A stretch of DNA of 64,000 nt from Trichoplax sp. H2 (lineage: Eukaryota). Of this stretch, positions 1-14,110 are shown in pieces. The notes beneath the pieces were generated by a model. It ran no database searches. It was not told the DNA's origin and saw only the letters and a program-made list of their open reading frames with translations. The position numbers and the translations under genes are program-made. The stretch is from positions 62,001 to 126,000 of the forward strand of contig NOWV01000136.1 of NCBI GenBank assembly GCA_003344405.1, written 5' to 3'. The stretch's first letter is position 1. Each line of letters starts with the position of its first letter.

Positions 1-2
1 AT

Positions 3-698
3 CCTACAGCTGAATTATGGACTTTATCACTACTACATCGAACTCAAGTAATTTATAGTACGGATATTAGTATGATTATAAGTGAATTAGAAATTATGCC
101 TGGATGCTTAGTAATTGAATCGGGTACAGGGAGTGGATCATTATCTCATGCGATTATCCGAGCTGTTTCGCCAAATGGCAAGCTGTTAACGTATGAATTT
201 CATAACGAACGAGCAGATAAAGCTGAAAATGATTTTAAACTTAATGGATTAAATCATCTAGTTACGGTACACTGTCGCAATGTTTGCCAAGAAGGATTTG
301 ATATAACATCGGAAGCAGACGCAGTTATTTTAGATTTACCCATTCCCTGGGAAGCAATTCCATATGCAAAACAAGCACTCAAACCGGGTGGTAGAATTTG
401 CTGTTTCTCCCCTTGTATCGAACAAGTGCAAAGAAGTTGTATGTGCTTACGTGATCATGGTTTTATCGATGTCAAAGTTCTAGAAACGATATTAAGACCG
501 TATCGTGTTAAGAAAATGGAATTGCCTATCGCTAATACTGGTAATTGCGAATCCTTCCAATCCAACGAGCGTAGTGATCCATCAACGAGTCATCATGAAA
601 ATAAAAGTAAACGAGAATTACTATCAACATTTCCCGTAGCAACCACTCCAGGCCATACTGGTTATTTAACGTTTGCCACATTCTATCCACAAGAATGA
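3..698 (+). CDS. TRMT61A: tRNA (adenine58-N1)-methyltransferase catalytic subunit (GCD14/TRM61), 5'-partial
   Basis: Frame open from the window edge (PTAELWTLSLLHRTQVIYSTDISMI...). SAM motif ESGTGSGSLS, plus YEFH, AVILDLPIPW, CCFSPCIEQV and C-terminal GHTGYLTFA are typical of TRM61. No intron in the visible part. Confidence 0.95.
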   Translation, partial: PTAELWTLSLLHRTQVIYSTDISMIISELEIMPGCLVIESGTGSGSLSHAIIRAVSPNGKLLTYEFHNERADKAENDFKLNGLNHLVTVHCRNVCQEGFDITSEADAVILDLPIPWEAIPYAKQALKPGGRICCFSPCIEQVQRSCMCLRDHGFIDVKVLETILRPYRVKKMELPIANTGNCESFQSNERSDPSTSHHENKSKRELLSTFPVATTPGHTGYLTFATFYPQE

Positions 699-2840
699 TT
701 TGACAAATAAGAAAAAGGATATCTATACTCGATCACCATGGACATTCTTGATAAAGTCAAATCAAAGTATGCTTGTACTATAGTATACCCGTATGTTACG
801 AGTCATGGACATCATCGATTTCAAAGAATCATCACCAAATTGTATTTTTTTGTATTATAATTGTAATCTTGCATAGTAGGCGCCTTAATGTTACAATTAT
901 TATTAATAAACTGAATCGTTTTATGTTACATTCAATGATGATTGCAGACTGTCACTCAGAAGGAAATGATACCTGATGGTATCAATTTACTGCTTGACTA
1001 TTTATTGTGGTTTCGATCGCTTGCGGCGTCGTAAATTATAGATTATTGAGCATAATACAAGTCTTATTTCAGTGGTATATCATGAAATTTCGGCAACTCC
1101 TGTTCGTGAATGACAGCTTTTAATTCACTACCGAGTATACGTATGTCACGTACGAGTATATCATAAATTCTCGATTAACTAAGGTGTTCTGAATTATAGT
1201 TTGCTTGGTATGATATTCTGACTACTGTACGTATATGCATGTTTTCAAACTCGACAGTTATCTTCAATATTGTAAACAATTATATTCATACATACACGAA
1301 TGTCAACAAGAGTCAAATAGGCGTTCGCATATTAGTGTAAGTTACGCAAGAATAACTGCTTCATTGAGCAGCTCCAATTCTGTTAAGAACTTAAGTATGT
1401 GCATACGTAAGTGTATATTCAAACCTATCATTAATCCGATATGAAATCACCTATTAATCCGAAAACCCATTAAACTTATTGCTTACAACACACCAAGACT
1501 AAAAGGACTTGCAAAGCAAAAATTCAAAGCATCGATTGATCAATGATTAATATATACTTTTGTTGAAGTGAAGATTGAGGCAGGTAACTTGATACGGTGA
1601 ATCACCGATTATCTCGTTCGCATTATTGAGTGCGATCTCACATTTAGTTACTAAAGTAAGAAATACGCAACAGCTGAGAAATAAAATTACAAACTTAATA
1701 TCGCTAAAGTCAATATCCATGACTTAATATTTTCTTTACATTTGATCATCAGTTAGTTATTGTAATAAATACTACGTCAATAATATCATATAAAACATCC
1801 GTTTCAAGCCACTAGAATTCAAAATAAAAAATGTGTCAGCTAAGACACGTAAATCAAATATCAGCTAATTTCAGACAAAGATCACACAGCAGCAACATTG
1901 AAAAAGACAATCAGCATTTATTTGAGTAATTTGTCGATAAGTCAACGAAAACAATTTTCGGTATCTGTTAAAATAATGTAGAAATTGTGCATCGAACATT
2001 CTCTCGAAGTTTCAACTGACGAATCATTAAATCTAGCATTCGTAATAGAACTTAATTATATTTACTTAAGTCGTACTGATACAAAGTATAATTAAGTCAT
2101 AAATATTTATCAAATGTTATTTAAATGGTATCTGTATAGTTTTTGTTATATCCAGAGTGATAAAGATTTATGTTCTATAAAACGGTACTTTTATGAGATA
2201 TACGAATCTATTAATTGCCCAACTAAATGTTAGTGCTATACTGTACTGTACTAGCGAACAAAATCTCTACCACCTGCATTTGATTAATTCCGACAACTAT
2301 AATCAGTATTTCTTCTACAAAGAAATCTGTAAATTACTAATCATTGAATCCATGCTTTTAAGCCCGAATTTATTCATTTCTACGGTACTGAGCCGGAATA
2401 GACATAAACGGCAAGTAAAATACAGTTAGTTAAAAATATCGTAAGCTAAATAGAAATTTTTAGAAACATTTCTAGTGTATGCCTGTGCTATACTCAGAAG
2501 ACAACGAACTAAACACAGTTAACATCTTAGGCAACATTATTACTCCACAAATCAGTTACTGCGGAAAACATGAAAGCTATTTTTTTTTAATTTCCTATAA
2601 TATAAGATTTCAAAGATTTCATTGCTGTTTATGCTTATGCATTTACTCCCGATCAATGTATAAAGATCACTGTCAATTTTAATAATTTACAGTACACAAT
2701 TACTTGTACTATAACATGAATACATTTATGAACGATCCAAAGGAGCAATAACATAGCACATATCTTGGATATATTCTCGATGATTAAAATTTGAGACAAA
2801 TTAATTATCAAAATTTATTCTGAGTTAATCAATTTATTAC

Positions 2841-5800
2841 TTAGTAGTCTTGAATATTCCTACCAGATAGAGCAGTATTTTGACTAGGACCCCAATTGCT
2901 ATTGGGTCCATTTGAATCTATGGAATCACCAAAAGCTGGAAAAGCTTGAGTGTCAGTAGTACTTGGAGGTGATAATCCCTGTGAGTGATCCCAAGGTGCA
3001 TTTCTAACAACATAGCCTCTACTTTTCGAATTTCTCCCTCGGCTCGACGATTGATGATCCTGGCGTTCTTCTCGTTTATACATATAATGACTTAAAAGTT
3101 CTTTTTCTTCGATCTTTTCCCGCTACATACGCCAAGAAAATATACAATAGCCAGCCATTAAAGGCAACAATTTCGTGGTATTTACCTATGCACAATAAAT
3201 TTAATGAATACTTACTTCAGTTTCAATTAGCTTATCAAGGTCTTTCTTAGCACCCTCAATATTTTCTGCTAATCCAGTTATTTCAACGTTGTTATTCTCT
3301 TGATCTTTGGAAAATTTAATGCTGACTTTGCGATCTTTGGTTATTTCGCGAATATCAGGAAGACGACTAATATTTCTTTGTATGCGGTATTCCATAGTGT
3401 ATGATTCAACAATCTGATTTTCCTATATCGGAATAAAAAAGACCGTTAGCATAAGCTATTTAAAGAATTACTTAAAGAGCTCAAATGTGTTTTCTAACCA
3501 AATCTTGAACGATCTTTTCTATTTTAAGCTTGGCAGCATTAGCTTCATTTTCATAACCAGTAATGACGATTTTACGATCGTTGCTTTCTTTGTCTGAAGG
3601 AACTTTCACTTGAACATTATGATCAGCACGAATCTTGCTAATTGTCGAACCTTTCGGGCCAATGATTTTGGAATGATGACAAGGATCAACTTCAACAACT
3701 ATTTGGAAATTTCTCTTTTTCTATTACGATAATGCAACGGTTGTTACAACATTTCCAACTTACAAATCATTCCAACAAATTATTACCTTATCCTCTTTTT
3801 CCTCTTCCAATTCTTTAATTCTATCCAGTATGGCTGATTTGGCTTTTTCAATTTGACTTGGGGTTCCAAAAATTTTGATACAATCACTATGTTGATCAGC
3901 AGGAGGTACTGAAATGTTAACGCTGTATTTTTCCATCATTGCACGAATATCTCGGCCTTTCACTCCAATTAGAGAGCGATGATATTCGATGGAGACATTC
4001 ATCTCTTCGCTTATAGGCACAAATGACTAATAATCATAAATACAATGAGCATATTAATTGTAAAGAATGACTACTTTCGACATAAAAAATAAAGTTTACA
4101 TTAACAATACTGACTGTCACTTACCAAGATAGCTTCTTTAGCGCCTTCAACATTGGCGGGTAATCCTGTAATTGTAATGATATCTGTCTTGATTGGATCA
4201 TTATCATCGACTGCACCTCCATTAGGTAAATTTTTCTGACGATTAGCTGCACCTAATTGAAAGGTATAAATGCCAATGATTAAAAAATAGTATTCATCTA
4301 TATGCATATTAGGATTCATGTTAATTACCTGATTTATTAGGAAACTTCACATCAACTTTAAAATCAGATACAACTTGCTGTATGTTACATCCTTTTACAC
4401 CTAGTATGTTCTTATGATATTTCTGAGAAACCTGACAATCAATGGTAACCATAGAATCCTAATATACAACATTTATGTTATATGAGACTTGATCCAAAAA
4501 ATGAACAATCCTGATTAAGATCAACACTAACGATTTCATCCACAATTTCTAATAATTTCACTTTGGCACTATCAACACAGCTACTTGATCCTTTAATAAT
4601 GACTTTATCTGAGGCGTTATCTCTTGGTATAGAAATTATTACATTGCCATTTTCTTCCGAGATTTCCCTTAAAATCTGATAAGCATAAAATGGAATTTAA
4701 ATTCTTTCCCTTATATCATTGTTTAATTGTTCACGTACCTGTCTACCATTTGCAAGAAGGCGTTTATAATATTTTGGAGCAATTGATATTGTCTCTTCTT
4801 TAGTGTTTTCCTAAATAAAAATCCGTGAATAGTTCAATATTTACTACAACAGATGTTACAATATTAAAAAGAATGTTAAAAACAGAAATTATATAATTGA
4901 TAAGGTGGTACAGCTAATCATAAATTATACCAGCTCGCGTATCTGATCTTCTAATTCAGCTTTGGTTTTCTCAATGTTTTCTTTAGTACCTATAATGACG
5001 ATAAGTTCCTTATCTTCATCCTTTTGCGTTGGAAATATAATTCGAGTAGAAGTATTCTGCTTTAACTATAAAAGAATTAGATCATTAAAAATTTACAATG
5101 AGTAAACTTTAGTAAATTAACATCAATTCATACTAAATTACCTTGTTAATCTTTCGGCCACCAGCACCAATTAAAAATCTATGAAATTCTGGCTTGGCGC
5201 GAACTTCAGTAGTAAAACTATGCAATTCCTGGCGGGAAGTAAAATTTTACCATTAATGGAAGCCAATAGCAATATATCTAAGCTGCTATACAAGTATAAT
5301 GGGATACCTGCTCGTTAGCAATCTCCAATAGCATTGCCTTAGCATTTTTGATATCGTCTTTGGGTCCTCTAATAACAATTTTATCGCTGGTTGTCTTACC
5401 ATCAGGTATCTTGATAATAACCCCACCACAGTCATTACTAATAGAGCGAATTAATTTTCCTTTACTACCAATCAGTCTATTATGATATTTTTGTGGTATA
5501 GAGACAGTAATTTCTTCAACATTGGCCTGTAATATAATAAAACCATTCATATAGCAAAGGTATATACTATACATATCGTAGCAATACAAGCATTTAAAGC
5601 AATTACAATTTTAATAAGTTAAGGTAAGTATAAAACACGTACGAGTTCCTTTTGAATAGCTAAGATCTTTTCCCTTGCCATTTTCACATCTTTCTGACGA
5701 CCAGTTACCTTAATAATATCACTACCACTATTTTCATTTGGAATATCTATCCTTGTGTTTGTTTCCTCTCGGATCTAATCATCAAGGATTAGAAATCACA

Positions 5801-8800
5801 ACAGCTTATAAATTACGATCAAGGATACAATAATAAGAATATATAACAGTATACCTTTCTAATCGTGATTCCACCTTTCCCAATTATATTACGATGAAAT
5901 TGCTTGAAAACACTGAACTCTTCTACGTGATTGCTTTCTATCAAGTTCGAATAAATTTTCTTCAATTTACTGCAAACCTTGTCTACATCATCCTTCGGAC
6001 CACGTACTTGAACAACATCGCTATCGCTTTGTGGATCGGGAAAATTAATGCTAATCTCCGGATATGCAGCGCTTATTTCTCGAATATTACTACCCTTTGA
6101 TCCGATTATCCTTCTATGGAATTTCTGTTCGAAAACCAGGTCTTTAACCCTTTCATTTTCCTAAAGCATGAACCGTAAAATTTAGTTCAAGTTCAAGTGC
6201 AATCTATATCATTATTACTTCGTACCCATTTTTTAACCAGGCTAAGAATTTTTTCTTTAGCTAATTTAACACCATCAGAATCTCCTTCTATGGAAATAAC
6301 TTCGCTACTTTCATCAGATGGGAAATAAATCATAGTACCAGTTTGATTTTTAATCGCATTTACTATAAAGTAATTTAGAAAAGGAAGCAAAATTATATCA
6401 ATTTCAATTATACCCATATAAGAATATTTATCAATAACAGTTAATAAAAAAATACATACTGTTAGCCTTATTTTTGCCGATAAGCTGCTTGTAAAATCGT
6501 CGGTTAATTTTGATTTCAATGTGATCCATTTTATCCACCTACAATACATTAATAATACATTAGATCATAAACAAAACTTATAAAATCTACAGTAACTAAG
6601 AAAATAAACTTATTAAGAGTAATGTTAGCGATTAATTGATGAGTCTTACCAAATTTTTCATAAATTTTTGCAAGTTTTTCTTTACGACTTGAACTTCCTC
6701 TGGTTTACCTTCTAGAATAATTAGATCTCGATCTCTCTCAAATTCGACATGAAGCTATAAAACAAGCAATTTTAATCACATTCATATAACGTTCAGATGA
6801 ACTAATAATAAAGCAATTATCTTGAGCATATCTAATCTATGCTTTACTTTGGACATGTCCTGCAATACTTTCGAGATATTTTCTCCTTTCTTTCCTATTA
6901 GATGCCTATGCAGCCAAACAGGAGCATCAACTTTTTCACTGATTGTGCTATTTGCCTGAGGTCACAAAATAAGCGTTAAGTCATTTTTTAGTTTCAGTAA
7001 TCAAGATTTGAAACAAGATAATATAATCACAGTATGAACTATTATTAAAGACCAGATACCTTTTCATAAACATGAGTTAAAGCATTGCCCAAGTGCTCTT
7101 GTTCACCTCGTAATGTTATTGTTTCCGAATTACTATCACTAGGAGGAACTTCAACTGAGACACCTAGATGTAATTAAAAGGTCCTTTTTTAAAGTAATTT
7201 TAGAGCATCTAAAGTCTCATCGTCGCAGCAGCGAGCTTAATTAGAGTCGATATGCTTTCTTTACATATACAAACCATACAAGAGCATAGTAACTAATAAA
7301 ATGAAATTACCAGTTAATTCTAAAATCTCTTGCAATCCTTGTCCACGGTGTCCGATAACGTATTTATGCTGAGATTTCTTTACCTCAACCGATACCGTCT
7401 TACATTTTCGCCTCTGCCAATATCAAACAAATTCGGTTAGAAACGCAAATCTACGGTATATCTGTTTACCACATAAAACACGAGAACGTTATTAGCAATA
7501 CCTTTTCGTTATAAATTGCACTTATTTCCTTTACAGCCTTCAATACTCCATCTTTCTCGCCAGACACGACAATCTCATCCTTTTCTACAGAAATAGGTGG
7601 TACATGAATACGAGCTCCAGTTTTTTCAGAGATTGTCTTAATTATAGAACCATTTGGGCCAGAAATAAATGGATGATAAATTTTCGAAATATTCAATCTT
7701 TCATGAGCTAGCTTTTCCTAATTTATATCCCAATGGTTGGCATAAATTTAGTTAAAAATTTACTATTAATAGTTAAAAATACAAAAACTAAATAAAACAT
7801 TAGAGCTATCTAGTTTAAAGTTGAATACAACGATTACTCTTATTTGCCAAAATAAAATATCCGACCTGCTGATCGACTAATACAAGAATTTGATGCCGCG
7901 CGTCATCTATCTTATCGCGTGATCCAGTAATACGGATATTGACAATCGGGCCTTCACCAATGACTTTTATTTTAGTGGAGGTAGTTAATTCTAATTGTTG
8001 TAAGGATTTACCACCTCTACCAAGAATAGCACCTAAATATTCCTTCTGTACTGGAAGTTCAATCGCACTCTATTTCGGAATGAAAGAAACGAAAAAAAAT
8101 CATTGTAAGCTACCACATATTGCCCAATTTTACAACGATCATTTCCCTCCTATAGTACTGTCTATTCCATTAAAATATCTATACCTTCAGGTTAAAATCA
8201 TCTCATTGAATATATATCACAAATATACATTGTAAATGATGTCGATATGTATTTTTTATATCGGTACTTTGCAATAATTTCATATCCATCGTCAATTATT
8301 ATCATACCTGTTTTTGTAACCCGATCAAGATTAATCTTTTAGCTTTTGCTACGGCATCCTTTTTACCAGTTACCATTATGGTTAGCGTTTGATCTTTAGT
8401 TGAGCTTACTTCTATAGTAGTATTAGTTTTCTGCATAACCTCCTTGCAAACTTGAGCTTGTTGTTGTTCCGGTCCAAGCACTTGTTCACCATGTCGGCCA
8501 AATTTGCGTTCTTCCATTGGAACGTGAAACACCTATCCAACAATTGTCATAGCAAATTCAATCTCCAATATAGAACATCAAGAAAGTTGTAGTAGTCGAT
8601 ATCATCTATCTCAGTGTATAATACATTCGTATACGATGTATACTTGTGTCGCATACAGATGTCATCGTTGTTTTACAGTAGCGTAAATCATAACATAGTT
8701 ACGTAATTATTAAGTAATGAACAATTATAGCATATAATCTAATCGGCCGTTTAATACAAGCTAAAGGGCAATATTACATGAACACGTCATTTTATGTCAT

Positions 8801-9698
8801 TGCTAATTATTTATCTTGCAAAGTAGAAATTTTAAATTCAAATGCCTTTTAAAATTGTATATTATTCATTTATGTTTTAAATTAGGATAGATAGAAAATT
8901 GATTTCAACACATTCCATGACGTTTAACTAGAAGAATTAATACCATTCATGTCATCATTAAATCATTGTTAGTGTTTCATTATTACGAACTATATTTATG
9001 GATACCGATGGAGCTTTCTTATTTATTCATTATTATCAATGAGTTATCATTTTAATCACTTCCTAGTCAATTTATATGGAATAAGTCGTAGATAGATATT
9101 ATAAAGGCGAAATGAATTGTTCAATAACTATTTCCTAAGTATTGGTGGTTTATCGCACAGTATGCGTTTTAATTTGTATGATACCGCTAGTTCTTAAACC
9201 GCTACATGCATACAGTAATTGTAACGTACATTTACTACGAAAAGCAACAAGACCGCCATGTTTTATACAAATAATGTAATAATTTATGACTTGGATATCA
9301 GTAGTACCGTACCGTACAAATTCAACATGGATTTATAGAAAATACAGCTACGACATTTAAATATTGTATCAAACTATTTAATTCTATTTCATTTGAATGT
9401 CTGTCTTACATACATACAGAAAAGCATTCAATCACTAAGTAGAATGTAATAGATTCTCCCTGATTGTTACTGCATAAAAATCAAGCTGGCTAGAGATGAA
9501 TAACTACGTTAGCCTTGAATCAATATCATTTTCTATTGTTACCTGTGTTATACTAGATGAAGGAATGCTTGGCAAAGCTGACGGACCCCATTTCATGTTG
9601 GTTGTTGTTTCTTGCGGTCGTGAACTTGTAGGCAAAGGAGGAAAAGCCTGTGGGTAATCTGGTTTCTGATCATCCACCACATCAGAAATTGTGTCCAT
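2841..9698 (-). CDS. HDLBP: Vigilin (HDL-binding protein), multi-KH RNA-binding protein, about 23 coding exons
   Basis: Exon 1 9698-9543 (MDTIS...QAFPPLP...SSITQ) joins 8532-8308 (VFHVPMEERK). Successive KH exons carry GxxG loops (LGRGG, SGPNG, IGHRG, IGKKG, IGSKG, IGKGG, IGAGG, IGVKG, IGPKG). The last exon has GYVVRNAPW...QAFPAFG...WGP. The junctions I checked are GT-AG. Confidence 0.95.
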
Positions 9699-12600
9699 AC
9701 TTTCTATTTTTTGCCTATTTGTTACTTTCCTCGTTCACAATGTAGTTACTAACTTGTAATTCCTATATTTAAGAAATAGTACTGTCACATCAGTTTCAAG
9801 ACGGCAGTTCCAATTGTTATATTTGTAATAATAAACAATGATTGAATGATTTAATCAGAGTGATTGGTACTCTTTGCACAAACTCTTTCAACGACCTCTA
9901 AATAAGGTTAGGCAATCGATATGATCCATGATAATATCATCACAATCAGTGGGTACGACCAAGAAGCAACCCATGCTACAGGCGCACGAAAAAGCATACT
10001 GTACAGTGTGGTCATTCTAGAGGTAGCATGAATTAGCATAGGATTGTATTCATTTAAATCGTACCAATCTGCTCTACTCGATGACTCGAACAGTAGGTTA
10101 TACTGTACTGTATCTTTGTAAACATTTACAGTTATCATGGTAATCGTACGTTCAATCAGCCTGTCGTGATAACTCTAAGGCAGGCTTTCCGCACCAACAA
10201 TGTCATTGATATTAACATTATTATAAAAGTAATATATTCCATATCTTACTGTAAGTGAACTAGCCGGTCATGATTAAATATTAATAGAGAAGATATAGAG
10301 ATAGGTCCAAATTATAATTATCAAACGTATAGACAAAATAAGATTGTCAAAATTGATGCTGTCTTTTATATCTGTCATTGTATGCCCGTATTAACTATCA
10401 TCCGTGTCTGAAAATACCTTGGGACATAATACACATCTCTCCATGGCGAGACGTGCCTCGCATAACAGAAGCCATTGAATGAAGATTAATTATTACGATT
10501 ATCCACTATTTATTGCGGCTACGCACGAGTACACTATCGTGATATATAAACAGAGTAGACAAATATCTCGTCTTTTGTGTACGCACCCATACGCGTTGGT
10601 GAAAGACAACGACTACTGTATTGAAAGGTTGGCTAAAAACACTTGTACATCCGTATCGTTGTCAGTTCTATCCAAATGTCCATTTTATCATGACTTTCTA
10701 CCTGTATTATTCAATTCATTGACTCTTGACTGTATCAACTGTAGTAATACTGTATTGTATACACAGCTTTTTACCGTATGTACATCAGGGAAGAAATGAT
10801 GTAGGAAGATGATGTTGCAATGGGAAGCTGTGTGCGCCCGACAAATCGACGGGGCACGTCGGTATGACGAGATAAAAACCTCTATCGAAAATGTTTTTCA
10901 TCAATTGAACTACATCAGTACACTGATAGAGGAAACAAGCCACTTTTGATCAACAACAGTGCATGTATGGACAAGAAATGAACATCTACCGTTGAATCTG
11001 CTATCCAGGATACCAGTTTAGCTGGAGTGGATGGATAATTTTTCTCTAGAAATTCCAACCTCAACGACAACAGCACGTTGATCTTCAACAGTGAACAACT
11101 GTGCAGCCCTGTACTGTACCATGGCTGTACCCTACTCAGTATTTGAATCCGGTCCTAGAAGGCTACAGTACATGACAGGGCAGTACTGTACGGTGGCCGG
11201 TATCCGGTGACTTTTTCTCGCTGCCGTACAGTACACGACAGTGCAGTAGTGTACAGTATGTGATGGATTGGATGAACTGCGCACACTGGAGAAATTTGTT
11301 CTTGAAAGAGACATTGTACTGTACACTGTACACTGTACACTGTGTTGTGACCGTTTTCGGGAGTCTTCTTCAATCGCATGGCCGTAGTTCAAATCAGGTA
11401 CACGTGTATAGTGTACACTAAGTAACGATAGCATTGATTGAGTAACTTCAGTCAGGCAGTATTGCACTTGCAAAATAAGTAAGTATTTTTCGCCAGCTTC
11501 CTCAGCTGCTTTTTTGCTTCCTACCAGACTCCAGCAGTGGATGACAATGGATGGCTTGGTGGACCCTCCCTATTTTATGCCCATAAAATGTTCAACTCAA
11601 AAGCAGTATACTGTACTGGACACATTACCTATGAATACAGTAAGCTATGATCGCAGTTACTGTACTGAAGGTGAAATACTGTAGCCAGTCAGGACCCCCC
11701 AAAAATGATCAATACAACACACTACGGTTACACCTAGACAGTGCTACTATACAGTATGTCGTCAGAGAAGACGAAGCTACGGAACTCATCCAGTAGTTAA
11801 AAGCTCGCTAGTAGCTACTGAGTCAATCAGTGATTTTCTGTCTAAAAGTCGACGAGTCACTAACGTCTTACTTTCTACTTTATACGATGTCAATGGACGA
11901 CATGAATAATAAAATTTGTGAAAACATCAGCGATCATCTTCAATACTACACCACTGACTTTGTAGTCCAAGAGGTACTGTATGGGGAAGATAGTAAAACC
12001 ATAGGAGTTGGCTGAAGCTATACTGTACTGTACTAGTGTGTCCATCTGTGCAATGTCAATGGAGATGTAAAATTGAAATATCAAATCAAAGCCTTTCAGC
12101 AGTAAACGATTTTCTACAAGTACGATAACTTCAACAGTCACGCCCTGACATTATCGCATCAGAGAAAAGATACAGTATCGCAAGATTATTATTTTTATAA
12201 CTGGACACTCAACCTTGATATACTGTACAGTACTGTAGTTAGACGATCTCAACCTTTCAACTTTTCCATTTTCAACGTGTATAGTAGAGTATATTGCAAT
12301 CCATCTTCCCAGTGCAGTATCGTAGTAGGAATCGAAATTGATGTTCGCAATTTTACCCAATGCATTACTGCATACCCTGAAAATCCTACAACACTATTGC
12401 TTGTACGCGTATAGTACTAGTAAGCAGATAATATATCCAACGAAATGATGTACAGTAATGGAAAAGGTAATTTTAAAAGGGACAACACTGCTGCAATACG
12501 TAATACACAAGGAAAATTATTATTTTAGTCAACCAGTGAAAATGAGTGGAGAGAAAAATATCCACTTCAATAGTGAACTGGGATCAACTTTTAAGTTGAT

Positions 12601-12958
12601 TCGTCAACTGTATCCACCCCGCAATCTGAAATGTGGTTATGTTGCATTTGTGGGTGTTTGGCTCATTTCCTAGCCGGATCTAGGTTTGATGACTGCGTTT
12701 AAATGACTTCTTAATCGTTACTACGAGGATGCCTTGCGTTACTGTACGTGTAAAGAGAAAGACGAGATACAGTATTGCACTGCATGGGCCATTTTTACCA
12801 GCATAACCATGATTTCAAGATTAACGATAGGATAGATTCAAACTCTATTCAGCATAAATCAAAATTGTCGAATAAAAAGGACAAACACCTACCGATTATG
12901 GTAACGAACCGGACAGATTGACGAAAGATGATTTCAAATCCTGGCGTGGACTTGGAGT

Positions 12959-14110
12959 TTAGGCAGCTTTAAATCGTCACTCGCCTTGTGCGCTACTGGC
13001 AGACTTGGCCTGAGCTTGGGGATAGTTGTACTGTACAAGATCCGTTGAATACTACCAGACCAGGATGAAATCTTTGCCACGGATCTCCCACCTTCAACCC
13101 AACTACAGGACAGACAGACTACATGTTACAGTACAGTACAGTACAGTACCCTACAGTATGTACTGTACCGTACTCAGTGTACTGTACACTGTACAGTATA
13201 ATCCAGTACTTTTTACAGTGTTGGACGTGCAGGATGTACAGTATAATCCAGTACTTTTTACAGTGTTGGACGTGCAGGATGTACTGTACAGTACAGTACT
13301 GTACTGTACTGTACAGTATAATCCAGTACTTTTTACAGTGTTGGACGTGCAGTATGTACAGACACTCAGACAGTACCATGCCGTGCACATTGCCGCACAA
13401 TAAAGTACTGTAGAGTGTACACTAGGGTGTCGATGAAACGTCTTTCCTGTGCCGCTGATTGAAATTTAATTTCGGCTGATTTTAAAATCTTGTGATTTCT
13501 CTAAAACAACTATAAAATAACAATTGATGCACTATTTTTTACCCCAATCACACTGGATTGCAGCATTTNNNNNNNNNNNNNNNNNNNNTTAGGCAGCTTT
13601 AAATCGTCACTCGCCTTGTGCGCTACTGGCAGACTTGGCCTGAGCTTGGGGATAGTTGTACTGTACAATATCCGTTGAATACTACCAGACCAGGATGAAA
13701 TCTTTGCCACGGATCTCCCACCTTCAACCCAACTACAGGACAGACAGACTACATGTTACAGTACAGTACAGTATGTACTGTACACTGTACTGTACAGTAT
13801 AATCCAGTACTTTTTACAGTGTTGGACGTACTGTACAGTATAATCCAGTACTTTTTACAGTGTGGGACGTGCAGTATGTACTGTACTGTAGTGGACAGAC
13901 ACTCAGACAGTATCATGCCGTGCACATTGCCGCACAATAAAGTACTGTAGAGTGTACTGTACACTAGGGTGTCGATGAAAGGTCTTTCCTGTGCCGCTGA
14001 TTGAAATTTAATTTCGGCTGATTTTAAAATCTTGTGGTCTCTCTAAAACAACTATAAAATAACAATTGATGCACTGTTTTTTACCCCAATCACACTGGAT
14101 TGCAGCATTT
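12959..14110. repeat. Direct duplication (12959-13568 / 13589-14110) around a 20-N gap, containing a ~45-bp minisatellite
   Basis: Both blocks run ttaggcagcttt...cagcattt with a few SNPs. Unit gtacagtataatccagtactttttacagtgttggacgt(gcaggat) occurs 3 times on the left (13191, 13236, 13311) and twice on the right (13792, 13833). Confidence 0.9.
13569..13588. other. Assembly gap (20 N)
   Basis: Run of N. Confidence 1.

Noticed and set aside
13026..13964. Overlapping ORFs rich in Y/C/T/V/Q/S on both strands (also 11132-11473 and 53225-53473)
   Set aside because: These are translation artefacts of the CAGTA/TACTG repeats, which lack stop codons.
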